Shown here: positions 11,589-21,899 of the stretch, one piece after another
Position numbering within the stretch: position 1 is the first letter of the stretch
Layout of the letters: every line of letters begins with the position of its first letter
Assembly: GCA_014323765.1 (NCBI GenBank)
Contig: JACONM010000036.1
Coordinates: 97-64,096 of the forward strand
Direction of reading: 5' to 3'
DNA from: Cellvibrionales bacterium
Lineage (GTDB): Bacteria > Pseudomonadota > Gammaproteobacteria > Pseudomonadales > GM7GCV1
Length of the DNA stretch: 64,000 bases
Translations under genes and position numbers: made by a program
Notes under the pieces: model-generated
Databases searched by the model: none
What the model saw: only the letters and a program-made list of their open reading frames with translations
What the model was told of the DNA's origin: nothing

Positions 11589-12704
11589 ATGAGAATAGAA
11601 TTCATACGCTTACAAAACTTTAAGAGTTTCAAGGATGTCACGATGAAAGATATTCCCGATTACTGCGTAGTGGTCGGGGTCAATGGCAGCGGCAAGAGCA
11701 CCCTTTTTGATGTCTTTGGGTTTCTTAAAGATTGCCTGACCTACAATGTGCAGCGGGCGTTGCAAACCAGAGGGGGCTTTACCGAAGTAATTACTCGCGG
11801 GGCCGCCAAGGATGCCGTGATATCGATTGAAATAAAATTTCGCATGGAAATTGCCAACGCCAATCGACGGGTAACCTATATTGTGAATATCGGTAAAAAA
11901 CACAACAAACCCGTGGTGACTAAAGAGATATTGCGCTACAAGCGGAGCCGGTATGGTTCCCCCTATCACTTTCTGAATTTTGCCGATGGCCGCGGCTACG
12001 CCATTACCAATGAAGAGGATTTTAATCGGCCGGACGAGGAACTCGACCGAGAGGAACAAACCGTTGGTCGTGACGTTCTGGCAATCAAAGGCTTGGGACA
12101 GTTTGAACGATTCAAGGCCGCCAGTGCCTTCCGAGAGCTTATTGAAAACTGGCATGTGTCCGATTTTCATATCAATCTGGCTAGGGGTAGCAAGGATGCC
12201 GCCGGGTTTGATGAGCACCTTTCAGTAACCGGGGATAACCTGCAACTGGTCGCCCGTAATATCTATGAAAACCATCGGGATATTTTTAATAAAATTGTCG
12301 ATGCCATGCAACGGCGGGTGCCCGGCATTAGCAAAATTGAACCGATTGCCACTCAGGACGGACGCCTATTGCTGAGCTTTCAGGACGGAAGTTTTAAAGA
12401 TCCCTTTATCGATAAATATGTCTCGGACGGCACCATCAAAATGTTTGCCTATTTAGTGTTGCTTTACGACCCGGAGCCGCACCCGTTACTCTGTGTGGAA
12501 GAGCCGGAAAACCAGCTTTATCCTATGCTTCAAGAGCATCTGGCCGAGGAGTTTCGCCGCTATACGCAAACGGGTAAAGATAGCCAGGTCTTTGTCTCTA
12601 CCCATTCCCCTGATTTTCTCAATGCTGCGGAACTGGATGAAGTCTTCTGGCTGGTTAAGTCAAAGGGTTACACCGCCATCAAGCGGGCTCGCGATAATGA
12701 GTAG
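11589..12704 (+). CDS. ABC/AAA_21-type ATPase (OLD/PARIS-AriA-like fold), ended prematurely by an in-frame TAG
   Basis: N-terminal IRLQNFKSFKD...VVGVNGSGKSTLFD (Walker A), and LLCVEEPENQLYP (Walker B/D-loop). The reading frame continues after TAG 12702-12704 for 25 more codons, to a TGA at 12780-12782 that overlaps the next ATG. Confidence 0.8.
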   Translation: MRIEFIRLQNFKSFKDVTMKDIPDYCVVVGVNGSGKSTLFDVFGFLKDCLTYNVQRALQTRGGFTEVITRGAAKDAVISIEIKFRMEIANANRRVTYIVNIGKKHNKPVVTKEILRYKRSRYGSPYHFLNFADGRGYAITNEEDFNRPDEELDREEQTVGRDVLAIKGLGQFERFKAASAFRELIENWHVSDFHINLARGSKDAAGFDEHLSVTGDNLQLVARNIYENHRDIFNKIVDAMQRRVPGISKIEPIATQDGRLLLSFQDGSFKDPFIDKYVSDGTIKMFAYLVLLYDPEPHPLLCVEEPENQLYPMLQEHLAEEFRRYTQTGKDSQVFVSTHSPDFLNAAELDEVFWLVKSKGYTAIKRARDNE

Positions 12705-12778
12705 GTCAAGGCATTTATGGAAAACGGCGATCAAATGGGCTACCTGTGGAAGCAGGGCTTTTTTACCGGGGCGGATCC

Positions 12779-13365
12779 ATGAAAGCGGAAACACGGGAGT
12801 TAGTCTTTTTCTGGAAGAACGCTCGGCAAAAGAAATGCTAGATCGGCTATTGCCGAAACTGCTCGACAAAAATATATACCATCGCTGCATCTCTTTTGAA
12901 GGGAAACAGCATCTTGAACAGCAACTACCAAAGCGTTTGCGCAGCTGATGCAATCCCCATGCTTGTTTTGTGGTGTTGCGGGATCAAGATAGTGCGGACT
13001 GTATTGCAGTGAAGGAGAAACTGATGGATATTTGCCGGCAAGCCGGCAAACCAGACACAGTGGTGCGTATTATCTGCCGGGAGCTGGAAAGCTGGTATCT
13101 AGGTGACCTTCAGGCCGTTGAAAAAGGATTGCAAATAAAGAGGTTATCCGACTAGCAACGGAAAAGAAAATTTCGAGATCCGGACCGGCTACGTAACGCT
13201 AAACAAGAATTAAAGAAACTGACGAAAAATCGTTATCAGCCGATAGCGGGTTCACGGGAAATTGGCGGCCATATGTTGCTGGATGGAAACTGTTCCCACA
13301 GTTTTAAGGTTTTTATTCGGGGTGTTAGGCAGATAATAGATCGAGACACTGCATGCAATATATAA
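12779..13365 (+). pseudogene. DUF4276 family protein gene, disrupted
   Basis: Family-like segments are MKAETRELVFF/LEERSAKEMLDRLLPKLL, FVVLRDQDSADC, RIICRELESWYLGDL and NCSHSFKVFIRGV. They are interrupted by a frameshift in the T5 run at 12806-12810 and by in-frame TGA 12946-12948 and TAG 13153-13155. Confidence 0.7.
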
Positions 13366-13443
13366 AAATTATCGAGGGCAGATGGCTAATTATTTTGGGG
13401 GAAGCTGGCCATTATCGGCTATCATGTGCGCGATTCTTAACCA

Positions 13444-14667
13444 TTGTCCGCTAACTCTGTGGAGCCGTCCGTGCAGCTGGCCCATCAACTAAAAAACCTT
13501 GGTACTGAGACGGTCTTTGCGGTCTCGGCAGCGGCATCGGCGCATGCGGCGGCTGGCCATAAGGTCTATCCCTTTCACCTCGGCGACCTGAATCTGCCGA
13601 CCCCGGCCAACATCGTTGCTGCTGCCGAGCGGGCGATGGCGCAGGGGCACACTGGTTACTGCCCGCCCAATGGCATCGCTGCATTGCGCGAGGCCCTAGC
13701 GGCCCACCTCGGTGCGGCGCGGGGGGTGGATTACGGCGCGGATAATGTGTCGGTGCAGCCGGGCGGCAAGCCGGTGATCCCGAAGTTTTTGCAGGCGGTC
13801 ATGAATCCGGGCGATGAGGTGCTGTATCCCCATCCGGGCTTTCCCATTTACGAGTCGCAAATCGGTTTTCAGGGCGGGGTGCCGGTGGCTTATCGGTATG
13901 TGGAGGCGGCGGACGGCAAATTTGTGCTGGATCTGGATGCGCTAAAAAACAGTATTACCCGCCGCACCCGCATCCTTATTTACAACAATTACCACAACCC
14001 CACCGGGGCTGCCGCCACGCCCGCGGAGATGGCGGAATTGGCGGAATTGGCGGTGACGCACAATCTGTGGGTGCTGGCGGATGAAGCCTATTTCGATATT
14101 CAATACGGCGGCACACCGCGCTCTATCGTCAGCTTGGCCGGTATGCCGGAGCGCACGGTCATTTTGTACACCTATTCCAAACGCTTCGCTATGACCGGCT
14201 GGCGGGTGGGGGCGGCCATTGGGCCGGCCTCGATCATCGCCATTTTCGACAAGCTGAATGTCAACAGCGAATCCTGCACCAACCACTTTGTGCAGCATGC
14301 TGCGCTGGAAGCCTTGCAGGGCGGGGACGCGGGGGCGTGGCAGATTTTGGCGGAGTTGCGCCGCCGCCGCGATGCCGCCGTGGCCGGCTTAAACGCCATC
14401 GATGGCATTGCGGTGACGCCCCCCGACAGTGCGTTTTACCTCTATCCTAAGGTGAGCGCGATACTTGAGCGCAAGGGGCTGACCGATGTCAACCAGCTGA
14501 TGGAACGCGCCTTACAGCAGGCGGATGTGTCTTTTTGCACCAGTAAGCATTATGGCCCGGACCTGCCCGGGCCCGCCGACCCCCATATTCGGCTGGCCTT
14601 CTCGGGGCTGGATCTGCCGGATATTGAAGCGGGGCTCGCCCGCCTCAAGGTGTTTTTTGAATCCTGA
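13444..14667 (+). CDS. Class I/II PLP-dependent aminotransferase (aspartate aminotransferase-like)
   Basis: The YSKRFAMTGWRVG lysine motif and NNYHNPTG. The start is uncertain (TTG 13444, GTG 13459 or GTG 13471). Confidence 0.88.
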   Translation: MSANSVEPSVQLAHQLKNLGTETVFAVSAAASAHAAAGHKVYPFHLGDLNLPTPANIVAAAERAMAQGHTGYCPPNGIAALREALAAHLGAARGVDYGADNVSVQPGGKPVIPKFLQAVMNPGDEVLYPHPGFPIYESQIGFQGGVPVAYRYVEAADGKFVLDLDALKNSITRRTRILIYNNYHNPTGAAATPAEMAELAELAVTHNLWVLADEAYFDIQYGGTPRSIVSLAGMPERTVILYTYSKRFAMTGWRVGAAIGPASIIAIFDKLNVNSESCTNHFVQHAALEALQGGDAGAWQILAELRRRRDAAVAGLNAIDGIAVTPPDSAFYLYPKVSAILERKGLTDVNQLMERALQQADVSFCTSKHYGPDLPGPADPHIRLAFSGLDLPDIEAGLARLKVFFES

Positions 14668-14680
14668 TTCTGGGGCGGAA

Positions 14681-16744
14681 CTAAAACTGATGGTCCATTT
14701 TCGCGCTCGGCCCGCCCACGTAACCGCCCTGAATATAGGCGGCACCGGATTCCCAGAGCACTGGCAGGATGGCGACATCGTCCACCCCCGGTACCAATGC
14801 CACGATTTTTTGGGCGGCCAGCTGCCTCAATAGTTTTTGCAGGGCTGCGCCCTTGTCTTGCTGCGCTTTGGCGGCGAAGGATTCATCCAATCTGACGTGA
14901 TCGAAGGGGATCTGTTGCAGCAGTTTCGGCGACTGCGCACGGGTGCCGAACCCGGTGAGGACCGCGCCGCAACCGCAGGCCCGCAGATGCTTGACTAGGG
15001 TTGCGGCGGCTTTGATGCTGGTGGCGGCATCTTGTTCGCGTAACTGGACACAGATCTGCGCTGGGTTCACTGCGGCTTTTTTGCATGCCGATGCCAGCCA
15101 TGCGGCGCACTCGGAATTTTGCAGTGATTGGCGACCGAGCGGCACATGCAGGCGTTCATCGCCTGTGCAATCGGTCTTTTTTGCCAGCTTTTGCAGGCTG
15201 GTCAGGATGGCGCAGCGGTCGATGTCTGGCTGGTCGCCGACCGCCAGCGGCCCGGCGGTGAAGCTGGCCGGGTAGTGCTCGCGATGGGCCGGAGCGATGC
15301 CGATTAGCAGTTCGTAATTTTTATCCGGGCCGCCCTGCAGGCGCATTAGCGGTTGAAACAGCGGCTGCAGGTGGGCGTTCTTGAAGGCTTGGCGCAACAG
15401 GCTGGCTGTATCGGTGTTCGTGCTGACCTGTTCCGGCTGGTACAGCTGGGCGGTGCTTTTTTCGCCGCCTGCCTTGCTGCTTTCTCCGCTGCGGGTGCGG
15501 GACTCGCGGCACTGCTCGCAGGCGCGCATGCTTTGCTGCAGGACGCTGTCGCTGTGGGTGCTGGCTGCATCGATGGGGGCCACGCCGATGGTGGCAGTTA
15601 CCTGCTGGCTGTGCTCGCCGAACTCGAAAAGCTGGCCGTCAATGGCGCGGCCTAGTTGCTCGGCATGCGCCAGGGCCGCCGCCGCTTCAGTGTCGGCCAG
15701 TAGCACCAATACGCGGTTGGATTCGAAGTCGCTGAGCGGCTGGCCGGCGAAATGTTGGGCGATAAAATCGGCAAATTGGGCCGCAAAGTCTTCGGTCGCG
15801 GTCAGCCCTAGATTGCGTTGCAAGGCGGCAAAGTCATCGACCTCGATGCACAGCAGGCAGCTAGAGCCGCCGCCGGCCTGTGCGCTGCGGAGGCACTCGG
15901 CCAGCCGCTCCAACAGCCCGCGGCGCGAGCTGGTCGCGCTCTCGGCAGGCGGGGGCGGGGGCGGCTCTTCTGGCTGGGGGCGGACGCGCAGCTGCAAGCA
16001 GTGCGCCCCGTTGTAGCGCACTGCCGCGCAGTCCATCTCCGCCCGGGCATCGCTGGCGGCCAGGCGGGTGCTGAGCACGGTGGCGGAGAATTGCTGCGGG
16101 GCACTGGCAAACTGCCGATGGAGGGCCTCGTAGTCCGCCTGCGCTGTGGTATCGAGGATGTCTTTGACCGACAGGGCGGCAGCTTCTTCCGGGTCTATGC
16201 CGAACAGTTCGCAGAACGCCTCGCCCGCCATGACAAACATGGAATCGTGGACGATGGCCGATAGCGGTGCATCGCGTAGCAGCTGTTGGCAGTGGTCTTC
16301 GGCGACGGCTAGGCGTTGCGCTAGGTCCTGTCCGGCGCGCCGCTCGGCACTGGTTTCTAGCTCGCGCCCGACCACGGCGATTAGGTGCTGATCCTCATCC
16401 ATGGCCAATAGATCGCGGGCCCCCATGCGGATGCCCGCCGCCACCTCCGCCCCGCTGGGCGCATTCTGCTGCAACAGAATCACCGGCACCGCTTGTCGCT
16501 GTCCGCCGAGTGCGCGTAGCACTTGCGCCGCAGTTGGGGTGCCATTGCCATCGCGTTGCGCCAGAATTAGGTCGATGTCCGCGCCGCTTTTCAGCCGTTC
16601 ATCCAACGCTTTGCGCGAGTCTAGGTGCCGTACTTTGGCGGTAAAGCCGCTGCCGTTGAGCACGCTGCCGAGCCGCTCGGCTTCGTCCGCTCGCTCGCTG
16701 GCGATCAGCACCGATAGTTTGTTTTTGGTGGGTTTTTTGGCCAT
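14681..16744 (-). CDS. REC-PAS-GGDEF-EAL signalling protein with degenerate GGDEF and EAL motifs
   Basis: N-terminal receiver-like fold (IDLILAQ). FESNRV occupies the GGDEF position. The EAL region retains YELL, but has LTGFGT in place of DDFGTG and VPGVDD in place of AEGVE. Confidence 0.8.
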   Translation of the reverse strand: MAKKPTKNKLSVLIASERADEAERLGSVLNGSGFTAKVRHLDSRKALDERLKSGADIDLILAQRDGNGTPTAAQVLRALGGQRQAVPVILLQQNAPSGAEVAAGIRMGARDLLAMDEDQHLIAVVGRELETSAERRAGQDLAQRLAVAEDHCQQLLRDAPLSAIVHDSMFVMAGEAFCELFGIDPEEAAALSVKDILDTTAQADYEALHRQFASAPQQFSATVLSTRLAASDARAEMDCAAVRYNGAHCLQLRVRPQPEEPPPPPPAESATSSRRGLLERLAECLRSAQAGGGSSCLLCIEVDDFAALQRNLGLTATEDFAAQFADFIAQHFAGQPLSDFESNRVLVLLADTEAAAALAHAEQLGRAIDGQLFEFGEHSQQVTATIGVAPIDAASTHSDSVLQQSMRACEQCRESRTRSGESSKAGGEKSTAQLYQPEQVSTNTDTASLLRQAFKNAHLQPLFQPLMRLQGGPDKNYELLIGIAPAHREHYPASFTAGPLAVGDQPDIDRCAILTSLQKLAKKTDCTGDERLHVPLGRQSLQNSECAAWLASACKKAAVNPAQICVQLREQDAATSIKAAATLVKHLRACGCGAVLTGFGTRAQSPKLLQQIPFDHVRLDESFAAKAQQDKGAALQKLLRQLAAQKIVALVPGVDDVAILPVLWESGAAYIQGGYVGGPSAKMDHQF

Positions 16745-16814
16745 GGTTAAGAGTGCGGGCGATTTGTTGGATTTTTGCGGCGCAGTGGGCAGTATAGCAG
16801 GCGGGCGGGCATTC

Positions 16815-17852
16815 TTAGCCCAGCAGGGTTTTGCTTTGCTGCCCGGCCTCCTCGATCGCTAGGCGCGGGACCAGATAGCCGGGCAGACGCTGGCGCAGGC
16901 CCCGCACCAATTCTAGGGCGCGATGGCGCGGCACGGCGTAGTGTGCTGCGCCCTGCACCCGGTCTAGGCAAAACAGGTAATAGGGTAGCACCCCGGCCGC
17001 GTAGGCGCGCTCTTGCAGATTGGCGAGGGTGTCCAGATCATCGTTCACCCCGGCCAGTAGTACCGATTGATTCAGGCAGGGGCCGATCGCCCGCAACCGT
17101 TGCAGGGCGCGGGCTAGGGCTGGGCTTATTTCATTCGGGTGGTTGATGTGTAACACCATTTGGATTTGCAGGCGGGTTGCGGTTAGCCAGGCGAGCAGCG
17201 CGGCATCGATGCGTTGCGGAATCACCACCGGCAGGCGGGTGTGGATGCGCAGCCTTTGCAGGTGCGGGATTTGCTCCAGTCGCTCGCACAGCCAGCGTAG
17301 CTGGGTGTCCGGGGCGCTTAGTGGGTCGCCGCCGCTAAAAATTACCTCGTGCAGGCTGGAATCCGCGGCCAGATAATCCAATGCGGGCTGCCAGTTCTGG
17401 CGGCCGGGGTTGTTGGCGGCGTAGGGGAAATGGCGGCGGAAGCAATAGCGGCAGTGAATGGCGCATTTGCCGCTGACGATCAGCAGGGCGCGGCCGGGGT
17501 ATTTGTGCAGCAGGCCGGGCAGCGGGTTGTAGGCGGCTTCATCGAGGGGGTCGGGGCCGTAGCCGTCTTGATGGCGGTCTTCCAGTGCGGAATTGAGCAC
17601 TTGTAACAGTAGCGGGTCGGCGGGGTCGCGCTTGGCCATCAGCCCGACGAAGGCGCGGGGCACCTGCACCGGAAACTGCTGCGCCGCCTGCGCGGAGAGC
17701 GCGACCTGTTGCGGGCGCAATTCCAGCAGCTGGCATAGCTCGGCCCCGCTGCGCACCGCATCGCGCAGTTGCGCCTGCCAGCTTGGTTCTATCTGGGGGG
17801 CGATTTGGGGGTCGATCGGGTCGGCTCCGGGGCGGTCGGTCTGCGGTATCAT
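16815..17852 (-). CDS. epmB: EF-P beta-lysylation protein EpmB (lysine 2,3-aminomutase family, radical SAM)
   Basis: [11 protein letters not shown] radical-SAM CxxxCxxC motif and a YjeK-like length. ATG at 17852; the ORF opens at a TTG at 17882. Confidence 0.9.
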   Translation of the reverse strand: MIPQTDRPGADPIDPQIAPQIEPSWQAQLRDAVRSGAELCQLLELRPQQVALSAQAAQQFPVQVPRAFVGLMAKRDPADPLLLQVLNSALEDRHQDGYGPDPLDEAAYNPLPGLLHKYPGRALLIVSGKCAIHCRYCFRRHFPYAANNPGRQNWQPALDYLAADSSLHEVIFSGGDPLSAPDTQLRWLCERLEQIPHLQRLRIHTRLPVVIPQRIDAALLAWLTATRLQIQMVLHINHPNEISPALARALQRLRAIGPCLNQSVLLAGVNDDLDTLANLQERAYAAGVLPYYLFCLDRVQGAAHYAVPRHRALELVRGLRQRLPGYLVPRLAIEEAGQQSKTLLG

Positions 17853-17886
17853 TGCGCCCCTTTGCAGTATCGGGAGAACCAACCCT

Positions 17887-18456
17887 GTGGCAAGCTATTC
17901 TACCAATGAATTTCGCGGCGGGCTAAAGGTCATGCTGGATGGCGACCCGTGCGCCATTGTCGAAAATGAGTTCGTCAAGCCCGGCAAGGGGCAGGCGTTC
18001 AACCGCGTCAAGCTGAAAAACCTGAAAACCGGGCGCATCTGGGAGCGCACCTTTAAATCCGGTGAGAGCATCGAGGCGGCGGATGTGCTGGACACCAGCA
18101 TGCAGTATCTCTACAACGATGGCGAGTACTGGCACTTTATGGACCCGGTCACCTTCGAGCAGCAGCAGGCGGATGCCCGTGCGGTGGGCGATGCGGCGCA
18201 GTGGTTGCGCGAGCAGGATACTTGCGTGGTGACGCTGTATAACGGGGTGCCGCTGGGGGTCGCGCCGCCCAATCACGTCGAATTGGCGATTACGGAGACC
18301 GACCCCGGGGTGCGCGGCGATACGGCGACGGGCGGCACTAAACCAGCGACCTTGGCGACTGGGGCGGTGGTCAAGGTGCCGCTGTTTTTGGAACAGGGGG
18401 AGGTGATCCGCGTGGATACGCGCACTGGGGAATATTTGGGGCGGGCGCGGGATTGA
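17887..18456 (+). CDS. efp: Elongation factor P
   Basis: 189 aa from GTG: [22 protein letters not shown]...[16 protein letters not shown], with the conserved lysine loop. Confidence 0.95.
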   Translation: MASYSTNEFRGGLKVMLDGDPCAIVENEFVKPGKGQAFNRVKLKNLKTGRIWERTFKSGESIEAADVLDTSMQYLYNDGEYWHFMDPVTFEQQQADARAVGDAAQWLREQDTCVVTLYNGVPLGVAPPNHVELAITETDPGVRGDTATGGTKPATLATGAVVKVPLFLEQGEVIRVDTRTGEYLGRARD

Positions 18457-18688
18457 AGGGGGTTGCCGGGGCGGGCGCGATATTTTCCGGTTCCGGAGGC
18501 TCGCCGAATGGGCGGGGGTGCGGTGTCGGAGAAGACAGTTGTGGGTGTCGCCGATTCTGCTGGCCGGGTGCAAAGTGCGGGCTAATTTCCATTTCGATTT
18601 TTATAAATTCGACGGCGGCCCGCTGGCTGGTCGCGTGGTTTAGTGCCGCAGCGGTCGATTTCCGGTTGGGACTTGAGTGGTAGACGCG

Positions 18689-19633
18689 ATGGCTGAGGAT
18701 TTACCGCTGGATTCTATTTGTCGCCGGGCGGATCTTTATCGGCAGTTGCGGGCGTATTTTGCGGCGCAGGGGGTTTTGGAGGTGGAGGTGCCGCTGTTGG
18801 GGCGGGCGGGGGGGACGGACTTGCAAATCGCCCTGATGGAGGTCGTGGCGGCGGGCGGCGATGAGCGGCTTTATTTGCAGCCTTCGCCGGAGCTGTTTAT
18901 GAAGCGGCTGTTGGCGGCGGGCAGTGGGCCGATTTTTTATCTAGGCAAATGCTTTCGCGGTGGCGAACAGGGGGGGCGGCACAATCCCGAATTCAGCATG
19001 CTGGAATGGTATCGGCCCGGTTTTTGTTTGGAGCGGCTGATGGCCGATGTGGCGGCACTTATGCAGCGGTTGGTGCCTGGCTTGGCGATGGCTAGTCGCC
19101 CCTATGCGGAGTTGTTTGCCGAGCATTGCGGGGTGGATCCGCATCGGTGTTCGGATGCGGAATTGGATGCGCTTGTCGCCGAGCGCACTCGTTACCGGGG
19201 GCAACTAAATCGCGATGCGGCCCTTAGTCTGCTGTTTGCCGAGTTGGTCGAGCCGCATTTGGGGGCGGGTGGGTTTTTTGTGGTCGATTACCCGGCGGGT
19301 CAGGCGGCGATGGCGCAGTTGGTGGAGCGCGATGGGGTCGCGGTGGCGGAGCGGTTTGAGTTTTATTTGGAGGGGGTGGAATTGGCTAACGGGTATTTGG
19401 AGTTGACCGATGCCGCCGAACAGCGGGCGCGTTTTCAGGCGGATAATCGCGAGCGGCGGGCGCGGGGGCTGGCGGAAATGCCCGTGGATGAAAAATTCTT
19501 GGCTGCGCTGGAAGCGGGTCTGCCTGCCTGTGCTGGGGTTGCATTGGGGGTCGATCGGCTGCTTGGGCTGTTGCGTGAGGGGGGGGCGGCGGATATTGCC
19601 GATGATCTGCTGTTTGCTTGGGATCGGCTTTAG
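18689..19633 (+). CDS. epmA: EF-P-(R)-beta-lysine ligase EpmA (PoxA/GenX)
   Basis: Class II lysyl-tRNA-synthetase-like core lacking the anticodon domain (HNPEFSMLEWY, ELANGY). Confidence 0.9.
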   Translation: MAEDLPLDSICRRADLYRQLRAYFAAQGVLEVEVPLLGRAGGTDLQIALMEVVAAGGDERLYLQPSPELFMKRLLAAGSGPIFYLGKCFRGGEQGGRHNPEFSMLEWYRPGFCLERLMADVAALMQRLVPGLAMASRPYAELFAEHCGVDPHRCSDAELDALVAERTRYRGQLNRDAALSLLFAELVEPHLGAGGFFVVDYPAGQAAMAQLVERDGVAVAERFEFYLEGVELANGYLELTDAAEQRARFQADNRERRARGLAEMPVDEKFLAALEAGLPACAGVALGVDRLLGLLREGGAADIADDLLFAWDRL

Positions 19634-19822
19634 GTGGAATGCTGGGGTGGGCTAGGCGACGGTGTATTGGCTGCAATTTTCTCGCCCTATCGCCGTAACG
19701 GGCTTTGTTGCGCGGGGGCTGCCGGAGATCCGCCCTTGTTTGGGGGCAACCGCCGTCCATCCTTCAGCTGCCGAGGCGGTGTGTGGTTCCAGAGACCGGG
19801 GGCGGGCGAGGGTTTGCTAGGG

Positions 19823-20557
19823 TCAGCCCTTGGCGCGGGCTAGGCTCCATGCTTGCACCTCGCTGGCACCGGCGGCTAACAGGGCTTTGGCGGCGGCGTT
19901 CATGGTGGCACCGGTGGTCATCACATCGTCAAAGAGGGCGATGCGTTTGCCTTGCACTGCGGGCGCGGCCTGGAAGCAGTCGGCGCGGATATTGGCGATG
20001 CGCTCGCGCCGCGATAGCCCCTGTTGCGAGCGGGTGGGGTGGGTTCTGGCGAGCCATTGCGGGCACACCGGTAGGCCGAGGTGCTGGCCGATGGGGTGCG
20101 CTAAGGCTAGGCTTTGGTTGAAGCCGCGCCGTAACTGTCGCCGCCAATGTAGCGGGATGGGCACTAGGGCGTCGGGCGGAGGCTCGGGGTGTGCCTGCCA
20201 TTGGGTTTGCAGGTGGTCGACGAACAGCTGGCTTAGGGCGCGAATGGGCGGTAGGTTTTTGCCGCGTTTGAGACTCAGAATCAGTTCGCTGATCGGCGTT
20301 TGGTAGGGCAATGCGCTGTGACTGCGGGCAAAGGCGGGGCGGTTTTTTAGACAGTCGCCGCACAGGTCGCTGGCCGCCGCCAACGGCAGTGCGCAACGCC
20401 GGCAGCCGGCCCGCAGCGGTTTGCATTGGCTGCGGCAAGCGGCGCATAGGCCAGTGTCGCCTTCGTTGTGACGCAACGCCCGCCGGCACAGCAGGCAATC
20501 CTGCGCCACCCATTTGGCGAGTAGAGTGGCGATTTTTTCGAGGATCGGGCGGGGCAT
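19823..20557 (-). CDS. comF: ComF family phosphoribosyltransferase-like protein
   Basis: N-terminal Cys-rich zinc-finger region and C-terminal PRT motif IALFDDVMTTGATM. Confidence 0.88.
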   Translation of the reverse strand: MPRPILEKIATLLAKWVAQDCLLCRRALRHNEGDTGLCAACRSQCKPLRAGCRRCALPLAAASDLCGDCLKNRPAFARSHSALPYQTPISELILSLKRGKNLPPIRALSQLFVDHLQTQWQAHPEPPPDALVPIPLHWRRQLRRGFNQSLALAHPIGQHLGLPVCPQWLARTHPTRSQQGLSRRERIANIRADCFQAAPAVQGKRIALFDDVMTTGATMNAAAKALLAAGASEVQAWSLARAKG

Positions 20558-20705
20558 GGTGTGGATTGTGGTGGGCGGATTGAGATTAGGATTGGCACCG
20601 GTGCTTTTTGCACCGGCGGGCGGGCGAGGGCGGGGATCGCGGTCGGCAACTGCGCTCGCCCCTTGCTATATAGTAGCGGCAATTTTCATTTGCTAGGTGT
20701 GTGCC

Positions 20706-20888
20706 ATGCCAGCCAACCGCCTTTCCGCCGAAGATCAGGCCCGCGTCGAGCAGGTCCTGCACAGCGGCTATAACCGCACCGAGCGCAAGCCCTTCCGCCC
20801 CCTGCGCCTGCTGGGGATTCTTTGGGTGATCGTCACCGCTTTGGGGGTGTTGTCTTGGGGGTATGCTCGTTATCATGGGTTGGTTTAG
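20706..20888 (+). CDS. Small DUF3094-like membrane protein
   Basis: 60 aa: LSAEDQARVEQVL...ERKPFRP followed by one TM helix. Confidence 0.6.
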   Translation: MPANRLSAEDQARVEQVLHSGYNRTERKPFRPLRLLGILWVIVTALGVLSWGYARYHGLV

Positions 20889-21899
20889 TTGATGTTGGGG
20901 TGTAAGCAGGCGATGGGTAGCAATATGCAGCAGAATCGTGCGCCGAGGAACCGGACGCTGGATTGCTCGGATGCAGAGATCGCTCTTTTTTCCGATCAGC
21001 TTTTATGCTTGAAGAAGCGTACGAATACGAAGGTAATTACCAATCAAGTTATCTGCGGCGATAGTCTGGAGATTGCCCGCTTTCTACCGCGTAACTTTGT
21101 TGATCTGCTAATCTTAGATCCGCCTTACAACTTAAATAAGGAATATAACGGTACAAAATTTCGGCAAAAACGAGGTGAAAAATACGCGATCTGGTTTGCT
21201 GATCTATTGAAACGTCTCATGCCTTTATTAAAACCGGATGCATCCGCTTATATTTGTTCCGACTGGCAAACATCTTGCATCATCGCGCCGGTTTTGACGG
21301 AATTTTTTAAGGTACAGAATCGCATTACTTGGGAGCGGGAAAAAGGCCGGGGGGCAAAGCGTAACTGGAAAAATAATTGTGAGGATATTTGGTTTTGCAC
21401 GCTGAACAATTCCTATTATTTTGATATGAATAAAGTAAAGATCAAACGCCGGGTTATCGCCCCCTATAAAGAAAATGGCGCACCTAAAGATTGGGCGGCA
21501 GAGACGGGCGGAAATTTCAGACTGACTCACCCTGCAAATTTGTGGACCGATATATCCGTACCTTTTTGGTCGATGCCGGAAAATACGGACCACCCGACCC
21601 AAAAACCAGAAAAGCTCATTGCTAAGCTGATCTTAGCAAGCTGCCCCGAAGGTGGCTTGGTATTTGACCCATTTTTGGGAAGCGGTACAAGCTCTGTAGT
21701 TGCAGCTAAGCTAGGTCGTCGGCACTGCGGCGTAGAGCGGGATAAAACCTATTGTTGCTGGGCAAAAAAGCGTCTACATTCGGCGGCAACTGATGGTACT
21801 ATTCAGGGCTATACGGGCGGCGTATTCTGGGAGCGCAACACGCAACCGCAGAGACTGCCAGGACAACGCAACAAGCATCAAGAGGAAATGTTTAGATGA
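20889..21899 (+). CDS. Beta-class DNA methyltransferase (N6_N4_Mtase family; the DPPY motif favours N6-adenine)
   Basis: Motif IV LILDPPYN precedes motif I FDPFLGSGTS, plus HPTQKPEKL. AT-rich relative to the flanks. The start is ambiguous (ATG 20892, 20913 or 20925). Confidence 0.88.
   Translation: MMLGCKQAMGSNMQQNRAPRNRTLDCSDAEIALFSDQLLCLKKRTNTKVITNQVICGDSLEIARFLPRNFVDLLILDPPYNLNKEYNGTKFRQKRGEKYAIWFADLLKRLMPLLKPDASAYICSDWQTSCIIAPVLTEFFKVQNRITWEREKGRGAKRNWKNNCEDIWFCTLNNSYYFDMNKVKIKRRVIAPYKENGAPKDWAAETGGNFRLTHPANLWTDISVPFWSMPENTDHPTQKPEKLIAKLILASCPEGGLVFDPFLGSGTSSVVAAKLGRRHCGVERDKTYCCWAKKRLHSAATDGTIQGYTGGVFWERNTQPQRLPGQRNKHQEEMFR

Noticed and set aside
12702-13155. In-frame TAG/TGA/TAG codons as programmed recoding (Sec, Pyl or readthrough)
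   Set aside because: There are three stops of two kinds plus a homopolymer frameshift within 1.2 kb of a horizontally acquired island, and no SECIS-like hairpin is evident. Pseudogenisation is the simpler explanation.
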